Shown: positions 25,668 through 35,186, numbered from the stretch's first letter. The stretch is DNA of 63,494 nt from Coriobacteriaceae bacterium (GCA_021203765.1 JAJQAN010000022.1:1-63494), one strand, 5' to 3'. The notes: generated by a model not told the origin, from the letters alone. A program made the numbers and translations.

Positions 25668-26330
25668 TTACTGTGCCTTGGCCTCTTCGATCTGGTCGGC
25701 CAACCACTCGACCCAGGCGTCGACCCCGTCTCCGGTGGTGGAGGAGAGCGGGAAGTACGGCGCGGTCGGGTTGAGCTGCTTGATGCTGTCAGTGAAGGCA
25801 TCCGTGGAGAAGTCGAAGGCCGGCAGGGTGTCGGTCTTGTTCAAGATGATGGCCTGCGAGACCTGGAAGATGCCCGGGTACTTAAGCGGCTTGTCGTCTC
25901 CTTCCGGGACGGACAGGATCATGATCTTTTTGTCTTCGCCGAGGTAGAAGTCGGTTGGGCAGATCAGGTTGCCGACGTTTTCGATGAAGATGAGGTCGAT
26001 CTCGTCGAGGTCGAGCACATCGAGCGCGCGCTTGACCATGTCGGCCTCCAGATGGCAGGCGCCGCCGGTGTTGATCTGCACCGCCGGGATGCCCTCCTCC
26101 TTGATGGCGACCGCGTCCACGTCGCTTGCGATGTCACCTTCGATGACCGCGATCTTGTAGCGGTCGCCCAAGGCGTGGATGGTCGCCAGGATCACCGAGG
26201 TCTTGCCGGCTCCCGGCGAGGCGAGCAGGTCGACGGTATAGACCTGTTTTTCCTTGAGCAGCTCATGGTTTTCCTGGGCGAGGCGATCGTTTTTGTCGAG
26301 AATCTTCTGCTCCAGATCGATCTGCGCCAT
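25668..26330 (-). CDS. hypB: Hydrogenase/urease nickel-incorporation GTPase HypB
   Basis: LLASPGAGKTSVI P-loop, GGACHLEA and ENVGNLICP. TGATG coupling with hypA. Confidence 0.92.
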   Translation of the reverse strand: MAQIDLEQKILDKNDRLAQENHELLKEKQVYTVDLLASPGAGKTSVILATIHALGDRYKIAVIEGDIASDVDAVAIKEEGIPAVQINTGGACHLEADMVKRALDVLDLDEIDLIFIENVGNLICPTDFYLGEDKKIMILSVPEGDDKPLKYPGIFQVSQAIILNKTDTLPAFDFSTDAFTDSIKQLNPTAPYFPLSSTTGDGVDAWVEWLADQIEEAKAQ

Positions 26331-26698
26331 CACGAGCCTCCCTCTTCGTCCGGTGTGTCAATCTCAATCGACGCGATGTGCAGGTCGCGCCCTTCGATGA
26401 GCCTGCAACCGACAGCTCCGCAGTTCGGGCAGGTCATGTGGAAGCGGTCGTGCTCGAACTCGAGGCCGCACTCCTTGCAGACCGAGCGCGGTTTGATGAA
26501 GTTCATGTTCAGCTTCGCTCCCTCGAAGAGCGGATCGTCTTCGCAGAGCACTCCGAACGCGAATTCCATGACATCCTCGATAACCTCGGTCATCTCACCG
26601 ATGTCGAGGTTGACGGCGACGACCTTCGTCGCATGGTTCTCTTCGGCGACCGGCCTGACGGAGTCCATGACGCTCTGCATCAGGCTGAGCTCATGCAC
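26330..26698 (-). CDS. hypA: Hydrogenase nickel insertion protein HypA
   Basis: MHELSLMQ N-terminus and the zinc site CKECG...CPNCG. The GTG start overlaps the tatC 3' end by 8 nt. Confidence 0.9.
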   Translation of the reverse strand: MHELSLMQSVMDSVRPVAEENHATKVVAVNLDIGEMTEVIEDVMEFAFGVLCEDDPLFEGAKLNMNFIKPRSVCKECGLEFEHDRFHMTCPNCGAVGCRLIEGRDLHIASIEIDTPDEEGGS

Positions 26699-27497
26699 TG
26701 GCTGCGACCTGCTGTTGTGGCTGCTGTTGCTCCAGTGCGCTCCCTGCCTCTTCCTGCTTCTGCCGCGCGATCTTTTTGTTGAGCGCGATGCGTGCGGCGG
26801 CCAAGGCGACCTCGTAAAGGGCGACGAGTGCGGCGAACATGATGATCATCGTGACGGGAGAGGCATCGGGTGTGACGACGGCCGCGACGACCATGAGCAC
26901 GATGTAGACGATGCGCCAGCTGTGCCGCAACTTCTTGTACGGCACGATGTCGAACAGGATGAGGTAGAAGATGACGAGCGGCAGCTGGAAGGCGATGCCG
27001 AATGCCAACAGGAAGAGCTCGACATAATGCAGGTAGTCGCTCGCCTGCGGCATGACGTCGCCGACCGAATAGCCCTCGCCGGTAAGCCACTGGAACGCCG
27101 GGCCGAGGCAGAACATGTAGCAGAAGACCATGCCCAACGCGAAGAGGAAGACCGCGATGGCGAACGTCGGCAGGACGTAGTGGCGTTCCTTGGGCTTGAG
27201 CGCCGGAAGGAAGAAGGCGAGCAGCTGCCAGAAGATGACCGGACTCGCGGCCACGACCCCGGCAAAGAGTGCGACGCGCAACTTGACGGAGAAGCCTTCG
27301 AAGGCGCCGATGACGATAAGGGTGCCGTCATCCGGCAGATATTGCGATATCGGCTGTTCCAAGAATTCCACGAGTTGCGGGGCAAGCATGTAGAAGACGA
27401 CGGTTGCAACCAGGACGCAGACGACGATGACGACCAGACGGCGGCGGAGTTCGCCGATATGATCGAGCAGGGGCATACGCGCAGGACCGATGGGCAT
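26691..27497 (-). CDS. tatC: Twin-arginine translocase subunit TatC
   Basis: 268 aa. MPLLDHIGELRRRL and six hydrophobic helices. Confidence 0.92.
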   Translation of the reverse strand: MPIGPARMPLLDHIGELRRRLVVIVVCVLVATVVFYMLAPQLVEFLEQPISQYLPDDGTLIVIGAFEGFSVKLRVALFAGVVAASPVIFWQLLAFFLPALKPKERHYVLPTFAIAVFLFALGMVFCYMFCLGPAFQWLTGEGYSVGDVMPQASDYLHYVELFLLAFGIAFQLPLVIFYLILFDIVPYKKLRHSWRIVYIVLMVVAAVVTPDASPVTMIIMFAALVALYEVALAAARIALNKKIARQKQEEAGSALEQQQPQQQVAASA

Positions 27498-27499
27498 GC

Positions 27500-28330
27500 T
27501 TACTCACCGCCCTTCGCGCTCTGCCGTGCAGGGGGTTTCGCCGCCGATGTCTTGGGTGCTGCCGTCTTTGTGCTGCTCTTCTTCGGAGCAGCGGAGCCGG
27601 CGGCCGCCTTCTTGGGAGCAGTCTGCTTGGAAGCGCCCTGTTTTGCGGCACCGGATGCGGATGCGCTCTTCTTCGAAGCGGTCTGCTTGGATGCCGCCTT
27701 CTTTGCAGCGGTCTGAGCAGTCGAAGATGGAGCCGTCTCCTTCTTCGGGGCGCTCTTGGCGGCGGAGGGCTTCGATGCCGACGCCTTCGGAGAACTTGGC
27801 TTTGCGGCAGCGTCGCTCTTGGTAGAAGCTGGTTTTTCTGTCGCGGAGGCCTTGTTGCCTGCGTCCTTGTTCTTGGAATCGAGCCCGTAGAGGGAGGCTG
27901 CGAGGTTTTCGCTGGACTGCTTTTCCTTCTCCTCCATCTTGACCTTTTTGAGTGTCCGTTCGGCCGATTCCGGCTCGCGTTTGCCGGTAAACGTCTCCTT
28001 CATCCCGCTCATGTTGAACGGGTCCTTGAACATGTCCTTGGTCTCGTTCAGTGTGGAGTTGATGGAGGCGATGTCTTCGCTCAGAGGCGCAGCTTGCTCT
28101 TCGATGGAGTCCTTGACCGGCTCCATGGTCGTCATGAAGGGATCGTAGACTTCTTCCTTGATTTTCTTGTTGGCCTCTTCTGAAGCTGTTCTGAATTGAC
28201 GAATCGCGCGACCGACGGTGCGGCCCACCTGAGGCAACTTCTCCGGGCCAAAGATCAGGAAACCGAAGAAGAGTATGAGGATCAACTCAGTGCTACCAAT
28301 ACCAAACACGGTACTACCCTTCGCACACAT
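27500..28330 (-). CDS. tatA: TatA/TatB-family translocase subunit with a long K/A/S/P-rich C-terminal extension
   Basis: The N-terminus FGIGSTELILILFFGFLIFGPEKLPQVGRTVGRAIRQF is canonical. An alternative GTG start lies at 28309. The tail reads AAKPSSPKASASKPSAAKSAPKKETAP...AAKKAASKQTASKKSA... Confidence 0.85.
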   Translation of the reverse strand: MCAKGSTVFGIGSTELILILFFGFLIFGPEKLPQVGRTVGRAIRQFRTASEEANKKIKEEVYDPFMTTMEPVKDSIEEQAAPLSEDIASINSTLNETKDMFKDPFNMSGMKETFTGKREPESAERTLKKVKMEEKEKQSSENLAASLYGLDSKNKDAGNKASATEKPASTKSDAAAKPSSPKASASKPSAAKSAPKKETAPSSTAQTAAKKAASKQTASKKSASASGAAKQGASKQTAPKKAAAGSAAPKKSSTKTAAPKTSAAKPPARQSAKGGE

Positions 28331-28356
28331 ATTCGATTCCCTGCAGGTTTGCTACT

Positions 28357-29130
28357 TTACCACACGCGGGCAAACGCCGCGACCTTCACCTCGAATACTC
28401 CCGAACTTAGCAACCGATTTGTTGCCGTAGCCAGTGTCGCGCCGGTCGTCATCACATCGTCGATCAGCAGAACACGGGCTCCGACCAGTCCATCGGCGGC
28501 CTTTGTCGAGGTCAGGGAGTCGGCGAGGTTGCGTTGCCGCTCTTCGGCGGAGAGCAGACGCTGATCGAGGGCCTTGTGCGAGGCGAGGGCGGCCACGAGC
28601 GGCAGGTCGCAGGCTTGGGAGATGAGACGTGCCAGGCGGTCCATGTGGTCGTATCCGCGTTTACGGAGCGCCTCGGGGGTGGTCGGGATGGCGACCAGCG
28701 CATCCGCCCAAGCCGCCCAGTCCCCGATGGTGGCGACGAACAGGTCGGCGATGATGGTGTCGAGACGGACCTCGTCGGCGTCCTTGTAGGTGGTGATAAG
28801 GTCGCGTGCGACACCCTCGTACGAGGCACAGCAGCGTGCCTGTGTAAACGGGAACGGATGCGGGGTGAAGAGGCCCTGATCGAACAGGCGGCGCTGGGAT
28901 TCGCTCATCGTGCGTTCGGGGTGGGGATCACAGCAGGCGCTGCAGACCAACTGTCCATACGGTGCCCCGCAGGTAGGACAGGCGGTATCGGGATCGATCA
29001 GGGGAAGTGCCGCCCGGCAGTCGTCGCAGAGCAGCGGTCCGATGGCGTTGCAGGAGCAGCAGCGCGTCGGCCAGATGAGTTCCGCAACTGTGTCGCCGAG
29101 CGTGCGGGTGAGGCGTTCGAACACGGGCAT
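28357..29130 (-). CDS. comF: ComF-family phosphoribosyltransferase-domain protein
   Basis: The N-terminal zinc-finger cysteines are CCSCNAIGPLLCDDC...CPTCG. The PRTase motif is VLLIDDVMTTGATL. ATG at 29130 with RBS GGAAAGG. Confidence 0.8.
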   Translation of the reverse strand: MPVFERLTRTLGDTVAELIWPTRCCSCNAIGPLLCDDCRAALPLIDPDTACPTCGAPYGQLVCSACCDPHPERTMSESQRRLFDQGLFTPHPFPFTQARCCASYEGVARDLITTYKDADEVRLDTIIADLFVATIGDWAAWADALVAIPTTPEALRKRGYDHMDRLARLISQACDLPLVAALASHKALDQRLLSAEERQRNLADSLTSTKAADGLVGARVLLIDDVMTTGATLATATNRLLSSGVFEVKVAAFARVW

Positions 29131-29383
29131 GAAGACCTTTCCGCCCTGTTCTCTCAATCAACCTCCATTATAGCCACACCGTGCGCCGGAGCCGACAGCC
29201 GTCGCCGGATGTGCGTTTCGCAGAAAATCTCCGTCAAGGGCGGGAATCCTTTCGAAAAATTTCTGGTACCTTGTATCAACGCTTAAAAGCGGTGTACGAT
29301 ACGCGGCACGTTTTTGAGCGCCGTTATCTGCATGCGCGCCGAACGTCTGCGAAGCCCGAAACGGAGGATTGAAAAACCCCGCC

Positions 29384-31888
29384 ATGGAACTGATCATCAC
29401 CGAAAAGAACATCGCAGCCTCCAAGATCGCCACGCTGTTGGCGGACGGAAAGCCGAGTTCCGACAAGGTGTATTCGACGCCGGTCTACCGCTTCAAGCAG
29501 AACGGGGAAGACTGTGTGATCATCGGCCTGAAGGGGCACATCCTCGAGGCGGATTTTCCGGCCGAGCTGGTCTACGGCAAGCAGGGTTGGGTCGCCCTCG
29601 ATGCCGACGGAGCCGTCATCCCGGCCCCGGACATACCCTCCTCGCTGCCGACTCCGCCGTGGGAATCCAAGCGCAGCCCGTATACCGCCGAAGGCATCAA
29701 GCTCAATGCCTGGAAGATGCCGGCGCTGCCGTATCTGACCTACGCGCCGCTTCTCAAGCTGCCCTCGGAAAAGGACATCATCCGCTCGCTCAAAAACCTG
29801 GCGAAGAAGGCCGACAACGTCATCATCGCGACGGACTTCGACCGCGAAGGGGAGCTCATCGGGATGGACGCCCTGTCCATGGTACGGGAGGTCAACCACG
29901 ATGTGCCGATCGCGCGGGCACGCTATTCGGCCCTCATCAAGAAGGAGATCGACCACGCCTTCAACCCCGCCAACCTCGTCGAGGTCGACTTCGACCTGGC
30001 CCATGCCGGCGAGACGCGCCAGTACATCGACCTCATCTGGGGCGCTGTGCTCACGCGCTATTTGACCATCGTCAAGTACAGCGGCTTCGGCAACACCCGC
30101 TCCGCCGGCCGCGTCCAGACGCCGACGCTGGCCTTGGTGGTCGACCGCGAGCGCGAGCGTGAGGCGTTCGTTCCCGAAGATTACTGGGTCATCACCGCAG
30201 CGCTCGCCCAGCAAGGTGCCGCCGCCGACGACGAGTTTTCCGCCACCCATGCGACCGCACGCTTCAAGGTGGAGGCCGAGGCCCAAAAGGTCATGGACAC
30301 GATCCAGGGTGCCTCCGAGGCGACCGTGCGCAGCATCGAGAAGAAGCAGCGCCGCTCCATGCCGCCGGCGCCGTTCAACACGACCTCGCTCATGGCCGCG
30401 GCATCCGCCGAGGGCATCAAGCCGGCGCGCTGCATGCGCATCGCCGAATCGCTCTACATGAACGGACTCATCTCGTATCCTCGTGTCGACAACACGGTCT
30501 ATCCGGCCGGCCTCGACTTCGCGGGCACCCTCAACACGTTGAAGGAGAATCCCGCCTACCGGCCGTATGCCGAAAAGCTGCTGGCCAAAGGATCGTTTTC
30601 TCCGACACGTGGCAAGCAGGAGGAGACCGATCATCCGCCCATCCATCCGACCGGTGCAGGCGACCCCGACCGCCTTAAGCCCGAGGAGTGGAAGCTCTAC
30701 AACCTGGTGGCCCGCCGCTTCATGGCGACGCTTTCGGAGCCGGCCGTCATCGAAGGCACCAAGGTGGGTATCGACCTGGCGGGCGAGACCTTCAATGCCA
30801 AAGGCGATGTACTGGTCGTGCCCGGGTATCGCGAAATCTACCCGTACGGGCTGAAGAAGGACGAGCAGCTGCCGCCCCTGCAGGAGGGGGAGACCCTCGA
30901 GGTGCATGGCACCGACTGCGCGCACAAGCAGACCGAGCCGCCTGCTCGCTACTCCAGCGGCAAGCTCATCCAGGAGATGGAGAAGCGCGGTCTGGGCACC
31001 AAGGCGACCCGTCACGACATGATCGATCGCCTCTACAGCCGCCGCTACATCGTCAACGACCCGATCGAGCCGACCCAGCTCGGCGTCGCGGTCATCAACG
31101 CCCTCTCGCAGTTCGCGCCGCACATCACGACACCGGACATGACGGCGGAGCTCGAAGACGAGATGAACCAGATCGCCGAGGGCGACCGTGGGCGTGACGA
31201 GGTCGTCTTGCACTCGCGTGCGCTGCTCGGCGAGATCATGGACGATCTGATTCCCCGCAAGGACGAGGTCGCCGATGCGATCTCGGATGCGGTCGTCGCG
31301 GACAGCCGCGTCGGTACCTGTCCGAAATGCGGTGGCGACCTCTGCGTCAAACAGAGTTCCAAGACCCGCTCGAGTTTCGTGGGCTGCAATTCCTGGCCCG
31401 ACTGCGATGTGACCTACCCGCTGCCGCAGGGCAAATACGACGCGGTCGACGAACCCTGCCCGGTCTGCGGCGGTGTGCAGATCAAGGTGACGCCGTTTCG
31501 GGCGAAGGCCTACACGCACTGCCTCGATCCGGACTGCCCCTCGAACAAGATGCCTGAGATCGACTGCGGACCGTGCCCGGTCTGTGCCGAGGCGGGCCGT
31601 GAGGGTCGCCTGATCGCGCAGAAGAACCCCCGAACGCTCAAGCGGTTCATCCGCTGCACGAACCACGACGAATGCGGCGTGAGCTATCCTTTGCCGCAGC
31701 GTGGGGAGCTGCAGGCGACCGGCGAGGTCTGCGAGGTCTGCGGAGCCCCGGAGGTCATCGTCACGACCAGCCGTGGCCCTTGGCGTATCTGTGTCAACAT
31801 GGATTGCCCGTCCAAGGCCGACGACGCCAAGAAGCAGAAGGGCAAGCGCACATCATCGGGCGGCAAAAAGAAGGCCGCGACAAAATAA
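29384..31888 (+). CDS. Type IA DNA topoisomerase (topoisomerase III-like Toprim layout) with four C-terminal zinc ribbons and a lysine-rich tail
   Basis: LIITEKNIAASKIA, IIATDFDREGE and SAGRVQTPTL. Four CxxC...C ribbons (CPKCGG, CPVCGG, CPVCAE, CEVCGA). The tail is KKQKGKRTSSGGKKKAATK. The start is uncertain (TTG at 29369 or ATG at 29384). Confidence 0.85.
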   Translation: MELIITEKNIAASKIATLLADGKPSSDKVYSTPVYRFKQNGEDCVIIGLKGHILEADFPAELVYGKQGWVALDADGAVIPAPDIPSSLPTPPWESKRSPYTAEGIKLNAWKMPALPYLTYAPLLKLPSEKDIIRSLKNLAKKADNVIIATDFDREGELIGMDALSMVREVNHDVPIARARYSALIKKEIDHAFNPANLVEVDFDLAHAGETRQYIDLIWGAVLTRYLTIVKYSGFGNTRSAGRVQTPTLALVVDREREREAFVPEDYWVITAALAQQGAAADDEFSATHATARFKVEAEAQKVMDTIQGASEATVRSIEKKQRRSMPPAPFNTTSLMAAASAEGIKPARCMRIAESLYMNGLISYPRVDNTVYPAGLDFAGTLNTLKENPAYRPYAEKLLAKGSFSPTRGKQEETDHPPIHPTGAGDPDRLKPEEWKLYNLVARRFMATLSEPAVIEGTKVGIDLAGETFNAKGDVLVVPGYREIYPYGLKKDEQLPPLQEGETLEVHGTDCAHKQTEPPARYSSGKLIQEMEKRGLGTKATRHDMIDRLYSRRYIVNDPIEPTQLGVAVINALSQFAPHITTPDMTAELEDEMNQIAEGDRGRDEVVLHSRALLGEIMDDLIPRKDEVADAISDAVVADSRVGTCPKCGGDLCVKQSSKTRSSFVGCNSWPDCDVTYPLPQGKYDAVDEPCPVCGGVQIKVTPFRAKAYTHCLDPDCPSNKMPEIDCGPCPVCAEAGREGRLIAQKNPRTLKRFIRCTNHDECGVSYPLPQRGELQATGEVCEVCGAPEVIVTTSRGPWRICVNMDCPSKADDAKKQKGKRTSSGGKKKAATK

Positions 31889-31904
31889 GCTTTTTACAAC
31901 CGCA

Positions 31905-33479
31905 TCAGTTTTCGATGTCTATATCGCGATAGGTGTCGAACTCCTCGACGATCTCCTTGCTGGGCGCAGCGGTCAGAAGCGACACGACGACGATGACGAT
32001 GAGCGACAGAATGAAGCAGGGCAAAAGCTCGTAGATGCCGAAGACCCCACCCAATGGCGAGATCCAGTTGTGCCAGACGACGACGCCGACCGCGCCGACG
32101 ACCATGCCGGCGATCGCCCCCGGCAGGTTCGTGCGCTTCCAGTACAGGCTCAGCAGCATGAGCGGGCCGAACGAGGCGCCGAAGCCGGCCCAGGCGTATG
32201 AGACGATGTTGAAGATGGAGGAGTCCTCGTCAAGCGATATGAGAATGCCGAATATGAAGACGGCGCAGAGCGCAATACGTGCCACGATCATGACCTGGCG
32301 GTCGGTCGCGTCACGCTTGAATACACCCTTGAAGATGTCGGTTGCCACCGACGAACCGACGATGAGCAGGTAGGACGAGGCAGAGGACATGGAAGCAGCC
32401 AAGATGCCGCAGACCACGATCCCGCAGATGAAGCCCGGTAGGATCATCTGCGTCAGGACGACGAATATGTTTTCGGCTGCTGACTGGGATGCAAACGCGT
32501 CCGGTATCGCGGCACGGCCGACGAGGCCGATACAGATGGCACAGGCGAGCGAGACGAGGACCCAGACGGTCGCGATGATACGGGACTTCTTGATTTCGGC
32601 CGGCTTGCGGATGCCCATGAAGCGGACGAGCACGTGCGGCATGCCGAAGTAGCCGAGGCCCCAGGCCAGGCAGCTGATGATGGTCAGGACGCCGTATTCC
32701 TCCGCGTCGCCGAAGAGCGGCATGCCATCGGCGACGACCTGCATCCCCTCGGCGTCGAGTACCGGTGTCGTCAGGGCGGTCGGGTTGAGGAAGCCGTCGA
32801 TGTTACCGAGGAAGGCGACCACGTTGTCCACACCGCCTGCCATGGCGACGCTTCCGATGAAGATCGCGATGAGGGCGAAGAACATGAGCGTGCCCTGGAT
32901 GAAGTCGGTCGTGACGACCGAGAGATAGCCGCCGAGGAAGGTGTAGAGGAAGACGATCGCCGCGCCGATGATCATCATGATCGCGTAGTCGAAACCGAAG
33001 AGCGTCGAGAAGAGCTTGCCGCAGGTGACGAAGCAGCTGCCGACGTAGATGCTGAAGAAGATGAGCGTGATGAGTGCCGCGAGGGTGGACAGGATGTGTT
33101 TTTGGTCGTGGAAGCGGTTGCTGAAGAACTCGGGCACGGTGATGGCGTTGCCCGCCTTCTCCGAATACTTGCGCAGACGCGTGGCGACGAACTTCCAGTT
33201 GAGGTAGGTGCCGGCTGCCAGGCCGATGCCGGTCCACATCGCCTCGGAGGCGCCCATGAAGTAGGCCACGCCGGGAAGCCCCATGAGTAGCCAGCCGCTC
33301 ATGTCGGAGGCCTCGGCGGAAAGCGCCGTCAGCCACGGACCGACGCCACGCCCGCCCAGAAAGTAGTTCTCGCTCGATTTGTTGGAACGACGTGCATAGA
33401 TGAAGCCGACCGTCAGGATGACGGCGAAGTAGATAATCATCGCGATCAAGACCACGATGTCGTGCGATGTGAAGCCCAT
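31905..33479 (-). CDS. putP: Sodium:solute symporter family, proline permease-like
   Basis: 524 aa. YFLGGRGVGPWLTALSAEASDMSGWLLMGLPG is the PutP signature region. Confidence 0.85.
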   Translation of the reverse strand: MGFTSHDIVVLIAMIIYFAVILTVGFIYARRSNKSSENYFLGGRGVGPWLTALSAEASDMSGWLLMGLPGVAYFMGASEAMWTGIGLAAGTYLNWKFVATRLRKYSEKAGNAITVPEFFSNRFHDQKHILSTLAALITLIFFSIYVGSCFVTCGKLFSTLFGFDYAIMMIIGAAIVFLYTFLGGYLSVVTTDFIQGTLMFFALIAIFIGSVAMAGGVDNVVAFLGNIDGFLNPTALTTPVLDAEGMQVVADGMPLFGDAEEYGVLTIISCLAWGLGYFGMPHVLVRFMGIRKPAEIKKSRIIATVWVLVSLACAICIGLVGRAAIPDAFASQSAAENIFVVLTQMILPGFICGIVVCGILAASMSSASSYLLIVGSSVATDIFKGVFKRDATDRQVMIVARIALCAVFIFGILISLDEDSSIFNIVSYAWAGFGASFGPLMLLSLYWKRTNLPGAIAGMVVGAVGVVVWHNWISPLGGVFGIYELLPCFILSLIVIVVVSLLTAAPSKEIVEEFDTYRDIDIEN

Positions 33480-33609
33480 GAAGATCCTCGCCCTTGTACA
33501 TGCACCGTAGCGACGATGATGTGAGACGTCGCTTCCGCCACGCTATTCCGCTTTATAGCGCAATAGCAGACATTATAGGCGAATCGTATTGGGCGTGCGG
33601 AAGCGGTTC

Positions 33610-34542
33610 CTATTCGGCGTAGAGCGCCGTGGACAGGTAGCGTTCCCCGCCGTCCGGCAAGACGACGACGATGAGCTTGTCGGCGTTTTCCGGCCGCTTG
33701 GCAAGCTGCAGGGTCGCCCAGGCAGCCGCTCCCGAGGAAATCCCCACCAGGATGCCTTCGCTCCTGCCGACACGGCGGGCCGTGGCAAAGGCGTCCTCGT
33801 CGGTCACGGCGATGACCTCATCGTAGATGGCGGTATCGAGTACATCGGGCACGAATCCGGCGCCGATGCCCTGGATCTTGTGGGAGCCCTTGGTGCCCTG
33901 GCTTAAGACCGGGGAAGCGGCGGGTTCCACAGCGACGACCTGGATGTCGGCGTTGTGCTCCTTGAGATATGCGCCCACGCCGGTGATGGTGCCGCCGGTG
34001 CCCACGCCGGCGACGAAGATGTCGACGGCCCCGTCGGTATCCTCCCAGATCTCCGGGCCGGTGGTGGCCTTGTGGATGGCCGGGTTGGCGGGGTTGTCGA
34101 ACTGCCCGGGTATGAAGCTGTCGGGGATGTCGGCGGCCAACTCCTGCGCCTTGGCGATGGCGCCGCTCATGCCGGCTGCTCCGTCGCTTAAGACGACTTC
34201 GGCGCCGAAGGCGGCCATCAGCTGGCGACGCTCGACGCTCATGGTCTCCGGCATGACGACCATGCAGCGATACCCTCGTGCCGCCGCGACGGATGCCAGA
34301 CCGATGCCGGTGTTGCCGGAGGTCGGCTCGATGATGACGGAACCGGGTTTGAGGACGCCACGTTTTTCGGCGTCGTCGAGCATGGCTTGGGCGATGCGGT
34401 CTTTGACCGAGCCGGCCGGGTTGAAGCCCTCCAGTTTGCCGACGATGCGGGCCTGCAGGCCTTCGTCTTGCTCGATATGGCTGAGCTCCAAGAGCGGTGT
34501 ATGTCCGATCAGCTGGTCTGCGCTGCTGTAGATCGTCCCCAT
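33610..34542 (-). CDS. cysK: Cysteine synthase A (O-acetylserine sulfhydrylase)
   Basis: [14 protein letters not shown] lysine, [10 protein letters not shown] and GTGGTITG. Confidence 0.93.
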   Translation of the reverse strand: MGTIYSSADQLIGHTPLLELSHIEQDEGLQARIVGKLEGFNPAGSVKDRIAQAMLDDAEKRGVLKPGSVIIEPTSGNTGIGLASVAAARGYRCMVVMPETMSVERRQLMAAFGAEVVLSDGAAGMSGAIAKAQELAADIPDSFIPGQFDNPANPAIHKATTGPEIWEDTDGAVDIFVAGVGTGGTITGVGAYLKEHNADIQVVAVEPAASPVLSQGTKGSHKIQGIGAGFVPDVLDTAIYDEVIAVTDEDAFATARRVGRSEGILVGISSGAAAWATLQLAKRPENADKLIVVVLPDGGERYLSTALYAE

Positions 34543-34581
34543 GGTGTTCCTCCAAGGTGCATCTCTGCGTGTCTGCTATAA

Positions 34582-34600
34582 ACCCACTAACTTAATGGGT
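34582..34600. promoter_or_regulatory. 19-bp palindrome ACCCACTAA-C-TTAATGGGT in the cysK / rrf2 divergent region (candidate Rrf2 operator, site A)
   Basis: The extended site ATAAACCCACTAACTTAATGGGTAAT matches ATAAACCTTCTAACTTAGTAGGTAAT at 36868-36893 at 22 of 25 hand-aligned positions. Confidence 0.55.
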
Positions 34601-34655
34601 AATAGGATTCTAGCGATGCTTATTCTAACAGTCAAGCGTTGGGAGGGGGAGTTTC

Positions 34656-34685
34656 ATAAACCTACTCATTAGCCATATAATTAAG
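34656..34685. promoter_or_regulatory. Half-site copy ATAAACCTACT overlapping a TATAAT box (34676-34681) upstream of the Rrf2 gene (site B)
   Basis: ATAAACCTACTCATTAGCCATATAATTAAG. The left half matches sites A and C. The -10-like TATAAT lies about 38 nt upstream of the GTG at 34719. Confidence 0.4.
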
Positions 34686-34718
34686 CAACCGGATCAGAAG
34701 ATTGGGAGGTGCTTGGCA

Positions 34719-35150
34719 GTGCTCGTTTCGACCAAAGGCCGCTACGCGCTCCGTGTCATGGTTGACTTGGCCCAGCATACAGATGAAGACCGCATCCCTC
34801 TCAAGGAAATTGCCGAACGGCAGGAGATCTCGGAAAAGTATCTCGAATCGATCATCCGTCTTCTGGTGCGCGACGGGTTTGTGGTGGGTGCCCGTGGTAA
34901 GGGCGGCGGCTACACCTTGACCCGTGCTCCGCAGGACTACGACGTCTACAGCATCCTGGTGGCCGCCGACGAATCCTTGGCACCGGTCTCCTGCCTCGAA
35001 GACGAACCGGTCATCTGTCCGCGGGCGGCGGACTGTCCGACGCTGCCGTTGTGGAGAAACCTCGACCAGCTCATCGAGGACTATTTGCAGGGCGTCAGCC
35101 TTGCCGACCTGGTGGATAACACCGCAGGCGGAGATGACTACGTGATATAG
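34719..35150 (+). CDS. Rrf2-family transcriptional regulator (CymR/IscR-like) with three C-terminal cysteines
   Basis: MLVSTKGRYALRVMVDLA...GARGKGGGYTL. The cysteines are in VSCLEDEPVICPRAADCP. I prefer the GTG at 34719 (RBS GGGAGG 9 nt upstream) to the TTG at 34713. Confidence 0.88.
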   Translation: MLVSTKGRYALRVMVDLAQHTDEDRIPLKEIAERQEISEKYLESIIRLLVRDGFVVGARGKGGGYTLTRAPQDYDVYSILVAADESLAPVSCLEDEPVICPRAADCPTLPLWRNLDQLIEDYLQGVSLADLVDNTAGGDDYVI

Positions 35151-35186
35151 GCGGCATCGGCTGCCTGCAGGCGGCCGTCCGAACGC

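Noticed and set aside
26052-27716. A 554-aa plus-strand ORF spanning hypB, hypA, tatC and part of tatA/B.
   Set aside because: It is antisense to four genes with unmistakable family motifs. Its own translation is low-complexity (runs of D/E/R/A/G) with no recognisable domain. This is the typical shadow ORF of high-GC DNA.
29324-31666. A 780-aa minus-strand ORF opposite the topoisomerase gene.
   Set aside because: It is Arg/Gly/Asp/Val-rich with no motifs, whereas the opposite strand encodes a complete type IA topoisomerase. Shadow ORF.
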